Assembly (NCBI GenBank): GCA_043228905.1
Contig: JBHGNT010000006.1
Coordinates: 22,506,001 to 22,570,000 of the forward strand
Reading direction: 5' to 3'
Length of the DNA stretch: 64,000 nucleotides
Source: Azolla caroliniana
Lineage: Eukaryota; Plantae; Polypodiophyta
Under the pieces are notes generated by a model, which was not told the origin of the DNA, ran no database searches, and saw only the letters and a program-made list of their open reading frames with translations. Below are positions 48,896 to 60,910 of this stretch, one piece after another. Position numbers and translations under genes: made by a program. How positions within the stretch are numbered: the first letter of the stretch is position 1; the number at the start of each line of letters is the position of its first letter.

Positions 48896-51800
48896 CTACA
48901 TGCAACGTAGAGGGAGATTTCCAAAACAAAACCATTTTGTCTTCCTTTTAGTCGGTACAACTTCGGACATTTCAAGCTCCGCTCGATCTACTATTTGCAC
49001 TTCTTTTGGTACATCCTCTTCAACTACTTGCGGACGATTATCTGCAACTGTTAACACAGTATTCTCTTGTGAATGCTCGAGCAAAAAATCATTCTTGATT
49101 AGCTTCCGAGATCGAACTAATTCTATCATCTTGTCGAGTACATCAAGAGCTCTTTGGACATCGGGATCAATGTCTATGGTATGGTGTCTGGTTTCTTTTC
49201 CATTTGATTTTGAGTTCAAGGATAAAGTCGAGTCTTGCTCTTGTTTAAGTATGTCGACATGTGACTCGTCCACCAGTTCATTTGATTGAACAATAGGGAT
49301 GTCCTTCCCAGATATGAATGTGTTTCGATTCAGTGACTCAGGTATGGAGGATTGAGAATCATCACCAATAATAGTGTCTTTGATGGCTGGGTCCGTCTCT
49401 TTTTTAAGCACGTCTATATGTGCCTCGTACATTCGTTCTTTTGCTTGAAGGATAGGGATGTCCTTATCAGAAACAACAGTGATTTGCTTTGGAGACTCAA
49501 TTATTGTGGAAGGTGAATCATCACCAATAATAGTGCTTTTGATGGTTGATCTCGAATGTAGTAGCCCTGCTTCTACACGAGCGTACATTGGCTCGCTCTG
49601 TATTAGCTTTTGAAAATGCTTACTGCTTCCTTCCTCATTGGTTATGGAAATGAGAGTCTGGTGTGAATATTAATGAGCAAAAGCAAAAAAGATTAAAATC
49701 TTCGTTACTTTTGACAAATGTTTTCTTTTTACTAGGTTAACAATGTAGTGAACATTATTTGAGTAAAGATAAAAAGATTAAAAATCTAACTCACTGATGC
49801 TTGCAATGATTTTTGCATAGTTTTAGTGTAGTTAAATATTATCGAGCAATTACTGAGATTAGTGTAGGAGGAGAGAGCTACTAACGAGCTGGTTCAATGA
49901 TTTGTCTTACTTTTTGATAAAGCTTGAATCCGATCCCAATGAGTTGCCTTGATATGAAATTGATAAGCCAAGGTGGCACAAAATCCATCTTGATATCAAG
50001 GTTTGCAATCGTCCTGAATGAAATAAGAGATCACATCAATAATCTCGTTCTTACATGATTATGGATAAAACAAAGAGAAATATAGATCATGGTTTAGTTT
50101 AGCTTGGAAGTACTGAGAAAACAAACTCCTAAATACCCATGTTTTACTACATTTTCCCAAAGTACTCCCTGAGTTTTGATAGTTTCCCCCATATCCTTGG
50201 TCAATCCCCAAATGTGAGAAAAGGGAGGATGAATTGAAATAGCACAAATAATTAAGGGGAAAAGGGATGAATTGACCATATAACTGCTCAAACAGTGGGG
50301 TGAGCGAAGGCATTTGGGGAGATAATAAACAGCAAAGCGCATTTCAGGGAAATAACAGAAACTTGGGGCCATTTGGCAAAAAAAATAGAAGCAATGCATC
50401 ATGTTGTTTATAGTCTAAATGATGATCTACATTTGTAACAAATGCCCTAGTTAAAACCGATTGTTCTTTTCTTCTATTATAGGCTTACATGATCTACATC
50501 TCTATGACTCAATAGAGTGTCTTCAAGGAAATAGCCTCTCCTGACATACATGAAAATGTCTTAGCTAACTACTCACGCAACAAAAAGAAGATATGAGTAA
50601 TAGTTAGTTATCACCTGAAATAACAACTGTCCGAAGACAATTTCTGCAACGCAAAGCCACCTGCAAGATCCATGCGGACCACATTTGGAGAGGCATTGGG
50701 AATATCAGAAGACGTAAGACCATAGATAGTCTCTTCTGAAGAGAGTGTACTAGGCACCTATATAACAATGAACAATATATCATCAACCATTTACATATGT
50801 GGGTGTATATATATACATATACACTTCTTCCATGTGAATTATAAATGCACAAAACAATGAGAATAAAAAAAATCCTTACTGATTGCAATAACACTATGAT
50901 CAGATCCTCCTCAAAGACCTCTAGCTCGAAAGCATACATGATAACCTCCCTTGCCGCAAGTGGCCATGGCACTTTGACCCTATACATAGACATTATTTTT
51001 CCGTGCTAAGGAGATTTGTAAGTCCATGCTACTTTAACCTCAACAAGAGGTTCTTTTTTTACCTGATCAAAGAAAGATCTTCTCCGGCTAGGCTTCGTTT
51101 AACCCAATGTGATTCAGTAATTTTGAATGTTGGAACTGACATTTGTGGCCACCTGATGAGCTAACAGTCAATCCATTTTTAACTACTTACGTTGAAAAAC
51201 TACCATCTTCCTTGCAAATATAGTGCTTCATGCTTACCAAAACTTGTAAGATGGAGCTTCCCAAGCAACGCATAATGCTACAAAATAAAACATCATTTCA
51301 TTTCATTCAACGTTGGAGCATTGATTTTCCACGAATGTTACTGCGGAGTGTGAATATATCAATACTATCATTTACCAATTTCTAAATGGAAAGTGAACAA
51401 ATAAAATCCTTAATTGCATAAAAAAGATCATGTAGATCAAACACTAAAAACGAGAGGTTCATACTTCATCATTTTCCATGACATTCAATTTATAAGGACA
51501 TTTTTGGTACAAAACTCATGAATAGATTATAAAAGATTCACAGGAAGAGAATGTGAAAGTTTGAAAAATTGTCATTACCACTTGTAAGAGGGCTGTAGAT
51601 GAGACCTTCGGCCAATAAGGTATGAAAAGGGGTGCCTTTAGGACCTTCCCGATACATGACTCGCAATTGTCCTGTATCGTGCTTCAACTGGTGATCAAAG
51701 GGGTATAAAGATATTAATAACGAGTGTGTTCACATTTTATGTAGTGGAAAACATAAGAACATGCATGCCCCTAGCTTTTTTCCAGAATTTACCCCAAGTT

Positions 51801-54800
51801 TCTGAAAACAGGCAGGGCATGCATAAGTGAGTTTGGTATTTTATGTAAGGAAAAAAACTCATTAAATTCCCCTCATTTTTTGGGAAGTTTATGGGATACC
51901 CCTAAAATTTTAAAAACAGTTGTACGTCATGTGATGACTCTCCTGACGGTTAAAAATTTGTGTAAGGGAAAAATATCACAGCACAGACAGAACTGCATTT
52001 CATTACCCCTACGTTTTTACAAAAACTAACAGTTTTCAAAACAGGAAGAGAACATGCATTAAGTGTTAGCGTTTTATGTTGTTAAGGAGAAATATCAAAA
52101 AGACCACTAAGGTCTTGGATATTGAAAGGAATATCATAGGTTTTAAAGACTGGCCAGAACACTCCTCTGTAGTAGCATGGAAATTACTGCTAAAGAGGAG
52201 TATTCTGTGTGAACCCTAATTCAGAGGAACCTAATTCACATGAATCCCAAAATAACTGTACTCACAATAACTGTTCATATCTTTTATGTGACTATTTAAT
52301 GGTCCCAAACTTATTAATAAATCTAACACTTCTAACAGTTACTATTAATATACATTACATTATCACATGGTATCAGAGCGTTCAAAATCAGCAGCAGCAG
52401 AAACAAGAGCAAAAGAACAGCAACCAGAAACGACGACAAAAGAAGTCATCAACATCACAAACTACTCACAATAAGAAACACTAAATTCATAAACTCAAAA
52501 TTTACTTCACAAATAAAAGAAAAACAATCATGGCCACAGTTGAAAACCCAGACATTGTTGCTGCTACAATACCCTCCTCCACATCAGTATCCAGATCTAT
52601 CCGAATTGACAGACTAACTGGAGCCGCAAATTATCGTCCATGGCAAATACGGATGAAAATGTATTTGCGCAGATTACATCTGTGGGCATACATAGATGGA
52701 AACAAAGCCAAACCTGACAATAATGATCCAGAAATTCAAGCATGCAAGATAAGGATTTTGAAGCACAATCCGAAATCCAATTCCATGTAGCCGATTCACT
52801 TATGTATCTCATTTCAAACCAAGAAACTGTCAAAGAAATGTGGGAATGTCTAAGCGAACAATATGAAAAGACCGACACAATTCATGCCATCGCTCTATTT
52901 CGTCAACTCACAACCTTCCACATGCAAGAAGGTGATGATTTTGAAACATTTCTACAAGTCATGGCGCTCACTCCTAGAACAAGGCACCAACGCAGGCTTT
53001 GGATTCACAGATAAACAACATGTCATCATGCTATTAGCAGCACTACCATCGACCTAGCAACCTTTCATCACAACCCAATCCTATCAAACTCAACCATTGG
53101 CTGTCCTCATCAACAAAATGCGCCAAGAATATACCTTCTCCAAGCTCAGCAATGACAATCTCAACCAATCAACAATTTTGATCGCAATGGCAACCACCAT
53201 TCCCAGATCAAACCAACACCACAACAACCACATAGATTCAACAAATCTATCAGGCACAATCATCAAAACAATTACAACCACCAAAATCAAAGAACATATC
53301 TTTGTAATTATGGCAACAGACCAGGTCACTAGGAGAAAGATTGTAGAACCAAGCAAAGAAACACATCCAATCATCAAAGCACCACAGCAAATGCAATTAT
53401 TGCAACAGACAAGGACACTTGGAAAGAGAATGTCGAACTAAACAACGTGAAGTAGGCCAACGACCTCAACCTAGGATGGCACAACTTCAACAAAATGTCC
53501 ACCATCATCAGGTGAAGAAATGTATTTATTCAATACCACTTTAACCACCACAACAGGTTTAGACCTTTCATGGTACCTAGATACTGGTGCCGCCCATCAT
53601 ATGACATTCACCAAAATGTACCTAACACAATACAAAGAGCTTACCACACCCCTAGATGTCCACCTTGGAGATAATAGCACCAAACAAGCCCAAGGATATG
53701 GTACCCTCACCTTTAGTCTACCCAACAATAATCATCTTCAAGTTTATAGAGTTTACTTTGTGCCATGACTCACAAAGAACCTCTTATCAGTAACTCAAGC
53801 AACAGAATGCAGCTACACACTCACCTTCAAAGGTAATTCTTGTCTCTTCCAATCTCAACTCTCAAATGGCACATCATATACAATTCCTTGTTTCAAAACA
53901 CAAAACCTATACCCAATTCCCATTACAGCCATCAAAATATCAAATGCCTCTCATCAAATCCATGACACTGGAATTCAAAACACCCTCAAATGGCATCTTT
54001 GTTAGGTCACCCACATCTTCAAGCCCTTCATAAGATCCGAACACACAACATCGTCGATAGAATAATAGGTCCTTTAACCCAACTATCCTTTTGTGAAGGC
54101 TGCCTCTTCAGAAAAATGACCTCCACTTAATATCCTTGTTCAACCCAATACACAACAAATCCCCTCCAAATAATCCACACTGATCTACGTGGACCAATGC
54201 TGACACCCTCCCTCACCGGAGCTCTTTACTTTCACATTTATCGATGACTACACACACTACACCATCATCACTTTCCTCAAAAAGAAATCTAACGCCCTAT
54301 CCCATTTCTTATCCTACAGAAATCTTGTTGAAAACCAATTAAATAAAAAAATCAAAATCCTACGAAGTGATAATGGAGGCGAATTTACTTCGAAAGAATT
54401 CGATAGCATACTACAATCACAAGGAATCCTTATTAGACAACCATACCACATCATCCTCAACAAAACGAAAAAGCTGAGAGAAAGAATAGAACACTCATGG
54501 ATGTTGCTCGATCAAAATGCTAAAAACTGCAAACCTCCTAAACTCCTTTTGGGAAGAACCCGTCCCGTGGCAACAGCCTGTTATTTACAAAATAGGTTGC
54601 CTACGACAACACTCAGTTCTCAAACACCATCCGAAAAATGGTCAGGTATCAAACCCGATCTCTCTTACCTAAAGATCTTTGGCAGTATAGCATACTCATA
54701 TGTGCCCAATCCGGCCATAAATAAACAAGAAGATCATGCAACCAAACAAATTTTTATTGGCTAGGGTGACCATTTCGGTAAGAAAGGATATCGGCTTTAC

Positions 54801-56805
54801 AATTCAATCACATGTAAGTTTCAATTTAGTAGAAATTGCATCTTTGATGAAACTTCTATCTTGTCACCACCATCCCGAGCCACTTCTCATGAACCACCTA
54901 ATCATAACTCAGAAAACCTAACCCTTGATGAATATGAATCTTTAGATGATACATTAGACATAATAAGTCACATAGCTAATACTAATAACAAACAACCCAC
55001 ACCACATTTACCTCCTCTACAGCCCTTTCAAGAACCTACTCCAATGCTTACTCTTGAAATACCCATCCCCTCACAACTTTCGTCCAAACCCATTCCAACT
55101 CACACACCACCAAGCTCCTCAATACAAAGCTATCAAAGTTCTCCACCCAAACCCAAATCCGTTCAACACACTTCAGCAAGGTGAAAGACCAAAACATACA
55201 CATCCCTTCCACCACATCCAATACTATCTTTAAACACCATACCCATGAAAGCCTGTACCAAACCCACTGCCCACAACTTCAATGTTTTCTTAACCCCACA
55301 ATTCAACTCAAGTAGGCCTCTCCTCAACAACAATGCTTGTAACAAAATCCAAAATGTCACTGCAACATTAAAACGTCCGGAAGCAGAACAGTGGTGGGCG
55401 GCTATGGAATCAGAAATCAAGTCAATAAATGAAAAAGGTACATGGATTTTAGTACTTCGTCCAGAGGATCGTCAAGTCATCACAAAAGGTTGCTGATTTT
55501 CTCACAAAAGCAGTACCAAAACCCAAATTTGAATTTTGTTGCAAAGCTATAGCTTATAATTCTATCAAAAGATAGGGTGCATGTGGACCCCAATTCACAC
55601 GAATCCCAAAATAATTGTACTCACAATAACCATTAATATCTTGTATGTGACTATTTAATAGTCCCAAACTTATTAATAGAACAAACGATTCTAACAGTTA
55701 CTATTAATACACATTACATTATCACATTCTGTTACTTCTTTTAGAAATTTTGGTGCTGTATCATAAAGGGGGGTATTCTGGTAACTTTTTAAAAACTTAG
55801 GGCAATCTTGATGTTTTGCACTAAAATTTGATGTTCGATCATAATTTCAAAATATTTCAGCTCCTAACCTTCCATCCTTCAGTGGAAGACTCATCATCAT
55901 GATCCTTTGCAATGACCAGATTATGATTCTCGTCTCCAGAAGCGCTCCTCAGTAGCTGGAGAAATTCCCACATAGCTACACATCGACTCTTTTCCGTCTC
56001 ATTGATGTCAAGGTTCTCTGAGTTCATTAAAATACCAATTTCACAAACGATGACTCAATGATTGAAACCCTAACCGTTATCCAACAATCACTTTACCAAG
56101 TCATGGTCAAGAAAAGAACATTTTTATTGAATCAAACAAATAATGGATAATGAGCTTATAATGAAAGCCTGACCCTAACCCTAATCATAATCAAACAAAT
56201 TCTCCAATTTATGGTAAAAAAATAAAACGAACGTTACTCAAATATAAACAGTTTACAGATAGCGATGCGAGGATGAAATCCATGGTTAAGGAAACGACAT
56301 TTTTATCAAATAGAATCAGTTAGAAAACGATGACTCTAACCTTAATCCAGAAAGCACGCCCTAATTCATGGTCAAGAAAAAGGGCATTACTCAAACAGAA
56401 TAAATGACCAAGCCATGATTTATTCCGGGATGAAATCCAAACCCTAAACATGATACAAAATGATTCACCAATACACGATAAAGAAAACGACCATAATGAA
56501 TAGCTGAACCATCGGAGAAGAAGAAGAAGAAGAAAAGCCGAGGCATTGAAACGGAGAAGGAAAAGAGAATTGTCGTCTTTACCATTAGTCTTGATGTGAG
56601 GAGAGGGTGTCGATGATGACGATAAAGGGGGAGATAGTGGTGATGATGAAGAGGAGGAGGAGGAGGAGGAGGAGGAGGAGGAAGAAGAAGAAGAAGAAGA
56701 AGAAGACAGCTGTTGGCTGACCAAACGAAAGACAGAGTCTTTGTCAGAGAGCAATGGAGAGCTCAGAGTTGCCTCGAGGCGGACTCTACCTTCATTGACA
56801 GACAT
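48896..56805 (-). CDS. START/SRPBCC-like (lipid-binding fold) plant protein of unknown function, ~572 aa, 9 exons
   Basis: Frame-consistent minus-strand exons: 56805-56583, 56017-55869, 51687-51579, 51277-51238, 51152-51063, 50979-50880, 50757-50615, 50013-49911, 49657-48896. Motifs: RLEATLSSPLL, FLQLLRSAS, GWK|LKHD...RVMYREGPKGTPFHTLLAEG, WWPQMSVPTFKI, KVPWPLAARE, VRMDLAGGFALQK, YFRTIANLDIKMDFVPPWLINFISRQLIG, DPDVQRALDVLDKMI. Confidence 0.9.
50115..50390. mobile_element. MULE-like MITE remnant in START-like gene intron 7
   Basis: Shares motifs with 28797-29050 and 37012-37256 (AAACTCC.AAATACC, GAATTGACCATATAACTGCTCAAA, GGCATTTGGG). Confidence 0.5.
52208..52367 (+). repeat. 5' LTR of copia element 2 (160 bp, with a 15-bp internal duplication)
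   Basis: Aligns to 55582-55726 with ~15 substitutions by manual count. Confidence 0.9.
55582..55726 (+). repeat. 3' LTR of copia element 2 (145 bp)
   Basis: TGTGGACCCC...TATCACA followed by the TSD. Confidence 0.9.
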
Positions 56806-56938
56806 TGGAAGGAAGGAAGAAGAAAACAGGGGAAAAAGAAAGGAAGGAAGGAAGGAAGGAAGGAGGAACAGGGGAAAAAAACAGGAAGAAAGAAAGCAAT
56901 TGGTACATATATACATGTAATGTAACATACATATAGAC

Positions 56939-57144
56939 CACTTCTTTTACAAAAAAAACAAAAGATTTCCAAAGACAATCAATCTTCTTCTTCTTCTTCT
57001 TCTTCATGGTCGTTAGAAACCATGTGCCATGTGGGTCTCAGCACTTCTTTTACAAAAAAAACAAAAGATTTCCAAAGACAATCAATCTTCTTCTTCTTCT
57101 TCTTCTTCATGGTCGTTAGAAACCATGTGCCATGTGGGTCTCAG
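56939..57144. repeat. Perfect 103-bp tandem duplication upstream of the START-like ATG
   Basis: 56939-57041 equals 57042-57144, including identical (A)8 and (TTC)7 tracts. Confidence 0.97.
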
Positions 57145-59229
57145 AGTCAGAGTCAAGTCGAGTCGAGTCGGGCTAGAATCCAGCCCGCCTAGTCCGGACT
57201 CTCGCTCCATCCTACTCTCCGACTTCGAACTCCGACTCAATCCTTTCCTGTTCGACCTCTCCCGTCGCTCCTTTCCTTCTGCTCGTCATTCGAATTCGCC
57301 TGCCCCCCCCCCCCCCCCCCCCCCGCTTTGTCTCGTGCCACACCTCTCGGTAAAAAGCTGAAACAAGTTGACCGTCTCTTCTTATGATTTGGGATCGAAT
57401 TCGTCCCGATCGAATTCGTCCCGATCGATCGATCGATCGATCGTGCACATACAGTGCTTATGCAGAAAGAAGAAACATTGTATTAGCGTTCGGTTGGTTA
57501 ACATTGGCCTCAAAACCCATGTATTTCGCTCTTTGGCTAGAGGACCCTAGGAATGTAGGGGTTTCAACTCATAATGTTCTTCTCTTTAACGAACAACATT
57601 TCTAGTTTTGATACCTCCCTCCCTCTTTCTCTTTCTCTTTCTCTTTCCCTCTCTTTATAAAACCATAAGTTTGATAGAACCCAAGCTCAATCAACACCGT
57701 GAGCTAGGCCCTATCTCATAGATCACAATAGGGTTCTCATGGACGTTAATAAAGATCTCTCTCTCTCTCTCTCTCTCATGGACATTAATATATATAGGGG
57801 GCACCATTTTAAGATGTGATATCTTCTTTAGTCTTACAGGTCAAAGGATTTTAATATATATTATTATATTATACATAGGCACACACACATATATAGAGGA
57901 CATAATCCAATGTGCAAGCTATATCAACCATGTATCCTTTGTTCCATTTTTGCTTGAAACCATCTTTACATTCATGTTGAATTTGCACACTGTATATTAA
58001 TGCTATCTTCTTTGAATGTCTTTAGTTTTTGTGCAAAAATTTATGGTATGATAATGCTTTCCACCAATAATTGTTGGTGTTTATTTCATATTCATTATTG
58101 ATTTAATTGTGCCCTCGTGAAAGTAATGGGTGTGAATCATGATGCAGCATGCGAGCCTTCACCTCTTGTTTATTATTGATTCAAATGTTTCCTCGAGGGA
58201 GAAATTGGTGTGAGTTTTGCGATATACCTCGTCTCCTAGACCCCCTTGAAATAAGAGTTCGTCAACAAAACAACAACAATTTTTAGCTCAATGTTGTCAC
58301 ACTAATGATGGCTCATTGCCCTTCATGATTATGAAGTATTTATGATGGATTTTAAGAGTTGCTCATAATGTGATAACCTATTCAATAGACTTGGTTCATG
58401 ATTGATAGGTACATGGATCAAAACCTAATTGAGGAATTTCATGGGCTTCACTTATACATTGCCTAGATACACACACCATACAACCTTTTTATCACTCTCA
58501 ATAGGTAGTTATATGTGCATACTATATTAATAATGCCAATTGTATGTCACATACTATATTTATTTATGTAGATGTGCGTTGTGTGCTGTATTTTATATAA
58601 ACCACATGTGTTAGCTTTTATGATAACCTTTTTAGACAACACTACCGTTCTGATTAAGATGTTTCTTAAGCGTTTGTCAAAGTAACACAAATCTAAGGAG
58701 AATTGTTTATGCTTCAACTCTTATAAAAACATATCATAATGCATCACCATTGAGAATTTCATTATAATGTCTTCTTCACTACTGAATTATATGTATAGTT
58801 TTCAACTATTTCATATGTGTGTGTGTGTGAATATATCGATAAATAGACATTTATGTCTCTTTCACCTTTAAGCATCTTACGACTCACAATAACCATAAAA
58901 CGAATTGTATGTATCTTCCTTTGCATTTCGAAAACCCTCGTACCAAGGCAATAACTATATAGGTAGGTGTGTGCTAATAAATGATCTCTCATACTTCAAT
59001 CCTCTTTTCTTTATGCATGGGTGCTCGAATTTAACCAAACAATCCAAAATGCACCTAACGTTTTTGTCCTCACCACATGTCCATTGGGTTGTGCATACTT
59101 GCACCTAAAAAATTTGTCCTTTTCTTACTGCTTGAACTACCATTTGATTTTATTCTTTTTTTGTGCTTACTCTTTGAATCTAAACTTTACCCATATTCTT
59201 CACTTCACACAAGAATCCTTCACACTACA

Positions 59230-59470
59230 TGGCATCATGACATACATCGGCATTGACACACTAATTCAAGTGGAAAAGGAAACTTGGGTTTCCAAGGTGG
59301 AGGAAACCATCAAAACAAACTAGAATGTTGGTATTGTGACAAATCTGGTCACATTTAACGAATTTTCTAAAGAAGTGTGATTTTGCAAATGACCAACAAC
59401 TCTAACAACCATGATTATGGTAATATGCTTATAGTGACTCATAAAATAAATTCTATGTGCTCCATGATCA
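59230..59470 (+). mobile_element. Degraded copia gag fragment
   Basis: PBS-like TGGCATCATGAC at 59230; zinc knuckle ECWYCDKSGH at ~59323-59352; then ML.V.HKINSM, similar to MFVMRHRANSM of element 1. Confidence 0.4.
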
Positions 59471-60819
59471 GCTTGTTCAACTCAACAAACACAAAGCTCA
59501 CATGACGCAGCATGCATCTACTCAATGAGTTGCTTGTTCAACATGAGAAATGCATAAATGTACTCGTTGATTCACGTAATAGGTGTGATACGCATATGCT
59601 CGATGATTCACTTGCTCGACATGACACCGAGCTGTATCAACACAACCCGATCGATAACCTACTCAAGGGCCAACTCGATTAGACAATTATCGATGGCTTG
59701 CTTAGATAGTTTTCTTTATTGTCTAACATTATGTCAAGTATATGTCTATGCATCCTCTTGTTTCCTATCTGGGAGATGCCTTAGCATTACATGCCACCTT
59801 TAATTTTGTTGTACAAATAAAATTAGACAGAACATTATATGAGGGGTCATTTCTCGCAACAGAATGTTCTATAAAATTTCACGACAAATAGTTGTGCGAA
59901 CAATGGTGCTAGATAGTTAACAATATAGAATAAAGATGTTATAATTATGAATATTTGTTAGCCAAAAAAAAATACAAATTTGTTATTTTGGCACTTATTG
60001 CTAAGCTTTTAGTTGAGCTGTTTTCGCATGAATACGAGCCATGTCTTGCAATGCATGGTCATATAATAGATAAAACATTTGCCTAACTGTGAGAAAAACA
60101 GTAAGGCTTTATTCACATCTATCCTCACAAAATCTGGTTAGATTTGGTTGAATTTTGCTTTGTGACATGCATCCATGGCCAAAATGTTCGTGAGTTTCAT
60201 ACTACTACATTCTGCATTCAACACATGCATTCACCTAGCATCATTTAAGGAATGACGGTTTATTTCTTGCAAAATAAAAATGGCAAACGAATGGTTAATA
60301 TAACCTTACCACAATTTTAGATCAGAATTAGATACACCTACCTCTGTAACAGATTAGCCAAATTAGTACTGAAACCACCACAGACAAATTAGTCAGTACA
60401 ATAAATGGGTCATTAAATCAATCATGAACGTCATAACTCAGCACGCCCAAGGAAAAGTAATATGGTTCCATTCATTAAAACGCGTAAAATGGTATTAGTA
60501 GACAAAAATAAGCTTGGTGATTCCTATCACCAGATAGTCAGAGTGAAGGATTCTAACATACTAACTGAAGTAGGCTAATTCGACATTGTTATATTTGGGA
60601 GATACTGAAGACAACAATGCATTATCCAAATGCCTAATGTATCTATACATGGAAGTTAAGGGTACAAAAATCTTGTAAGAACACTCTCCGACCAGAGGCT
60701 TGCACGAATTAGCCACTACTGAAAAGGAAACAGTTCACCATAAGAGGGATGGGATAGCTAGTTGTTAATAAACGTGTAGATGTAAAACTGGCCATTGAAT
60801 ATTGTATTTTTCTCTATCA

Positions 60820-60890
60820 TGGTGGGGTTAGGAATTGAACTCTAGAACTAAGACTTACAAGGCAAACTCTCAAACCACGAGACCAACTCT
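60820..60890 (-). mobile_element. tRNA-derived SINE-like fragment just after the PWWP stop codon
   Basis: Minus strand TGGTCTCGTGG (A-box-like) ... GAGTTCAATTCC (B-box-like). Confidence 0.3.
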
Positions 60891-60910
60891 AGAACCTGAG
60901 CTGCTTAGTC

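Larger units (their letters stand above)
52208..55726 (+). mobile_element. Ty1/copia LTR retrotransposon in START-like gene intron 2 (antisense to host), RT/RNase H deleted
   Basis: LTRs at 52208-52367 and 55582-55726 (TG...CA). PBS TGGTATCAGAGC at 52368-52379, perfect 5-bp TSD TTCTG (52203-52207 / 55727-55731). Internal motifs: gag (RLTGAANYRPWQIRMKMYL), decayed zinc knuckle, protease WYLDTGAAHHMT, integrase (LRSDNGGEF, AERKNRTL). RT begins (WWAAMESEIKSINEKGTWILV) and is lost after ~55495. Confidence 0.93.
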
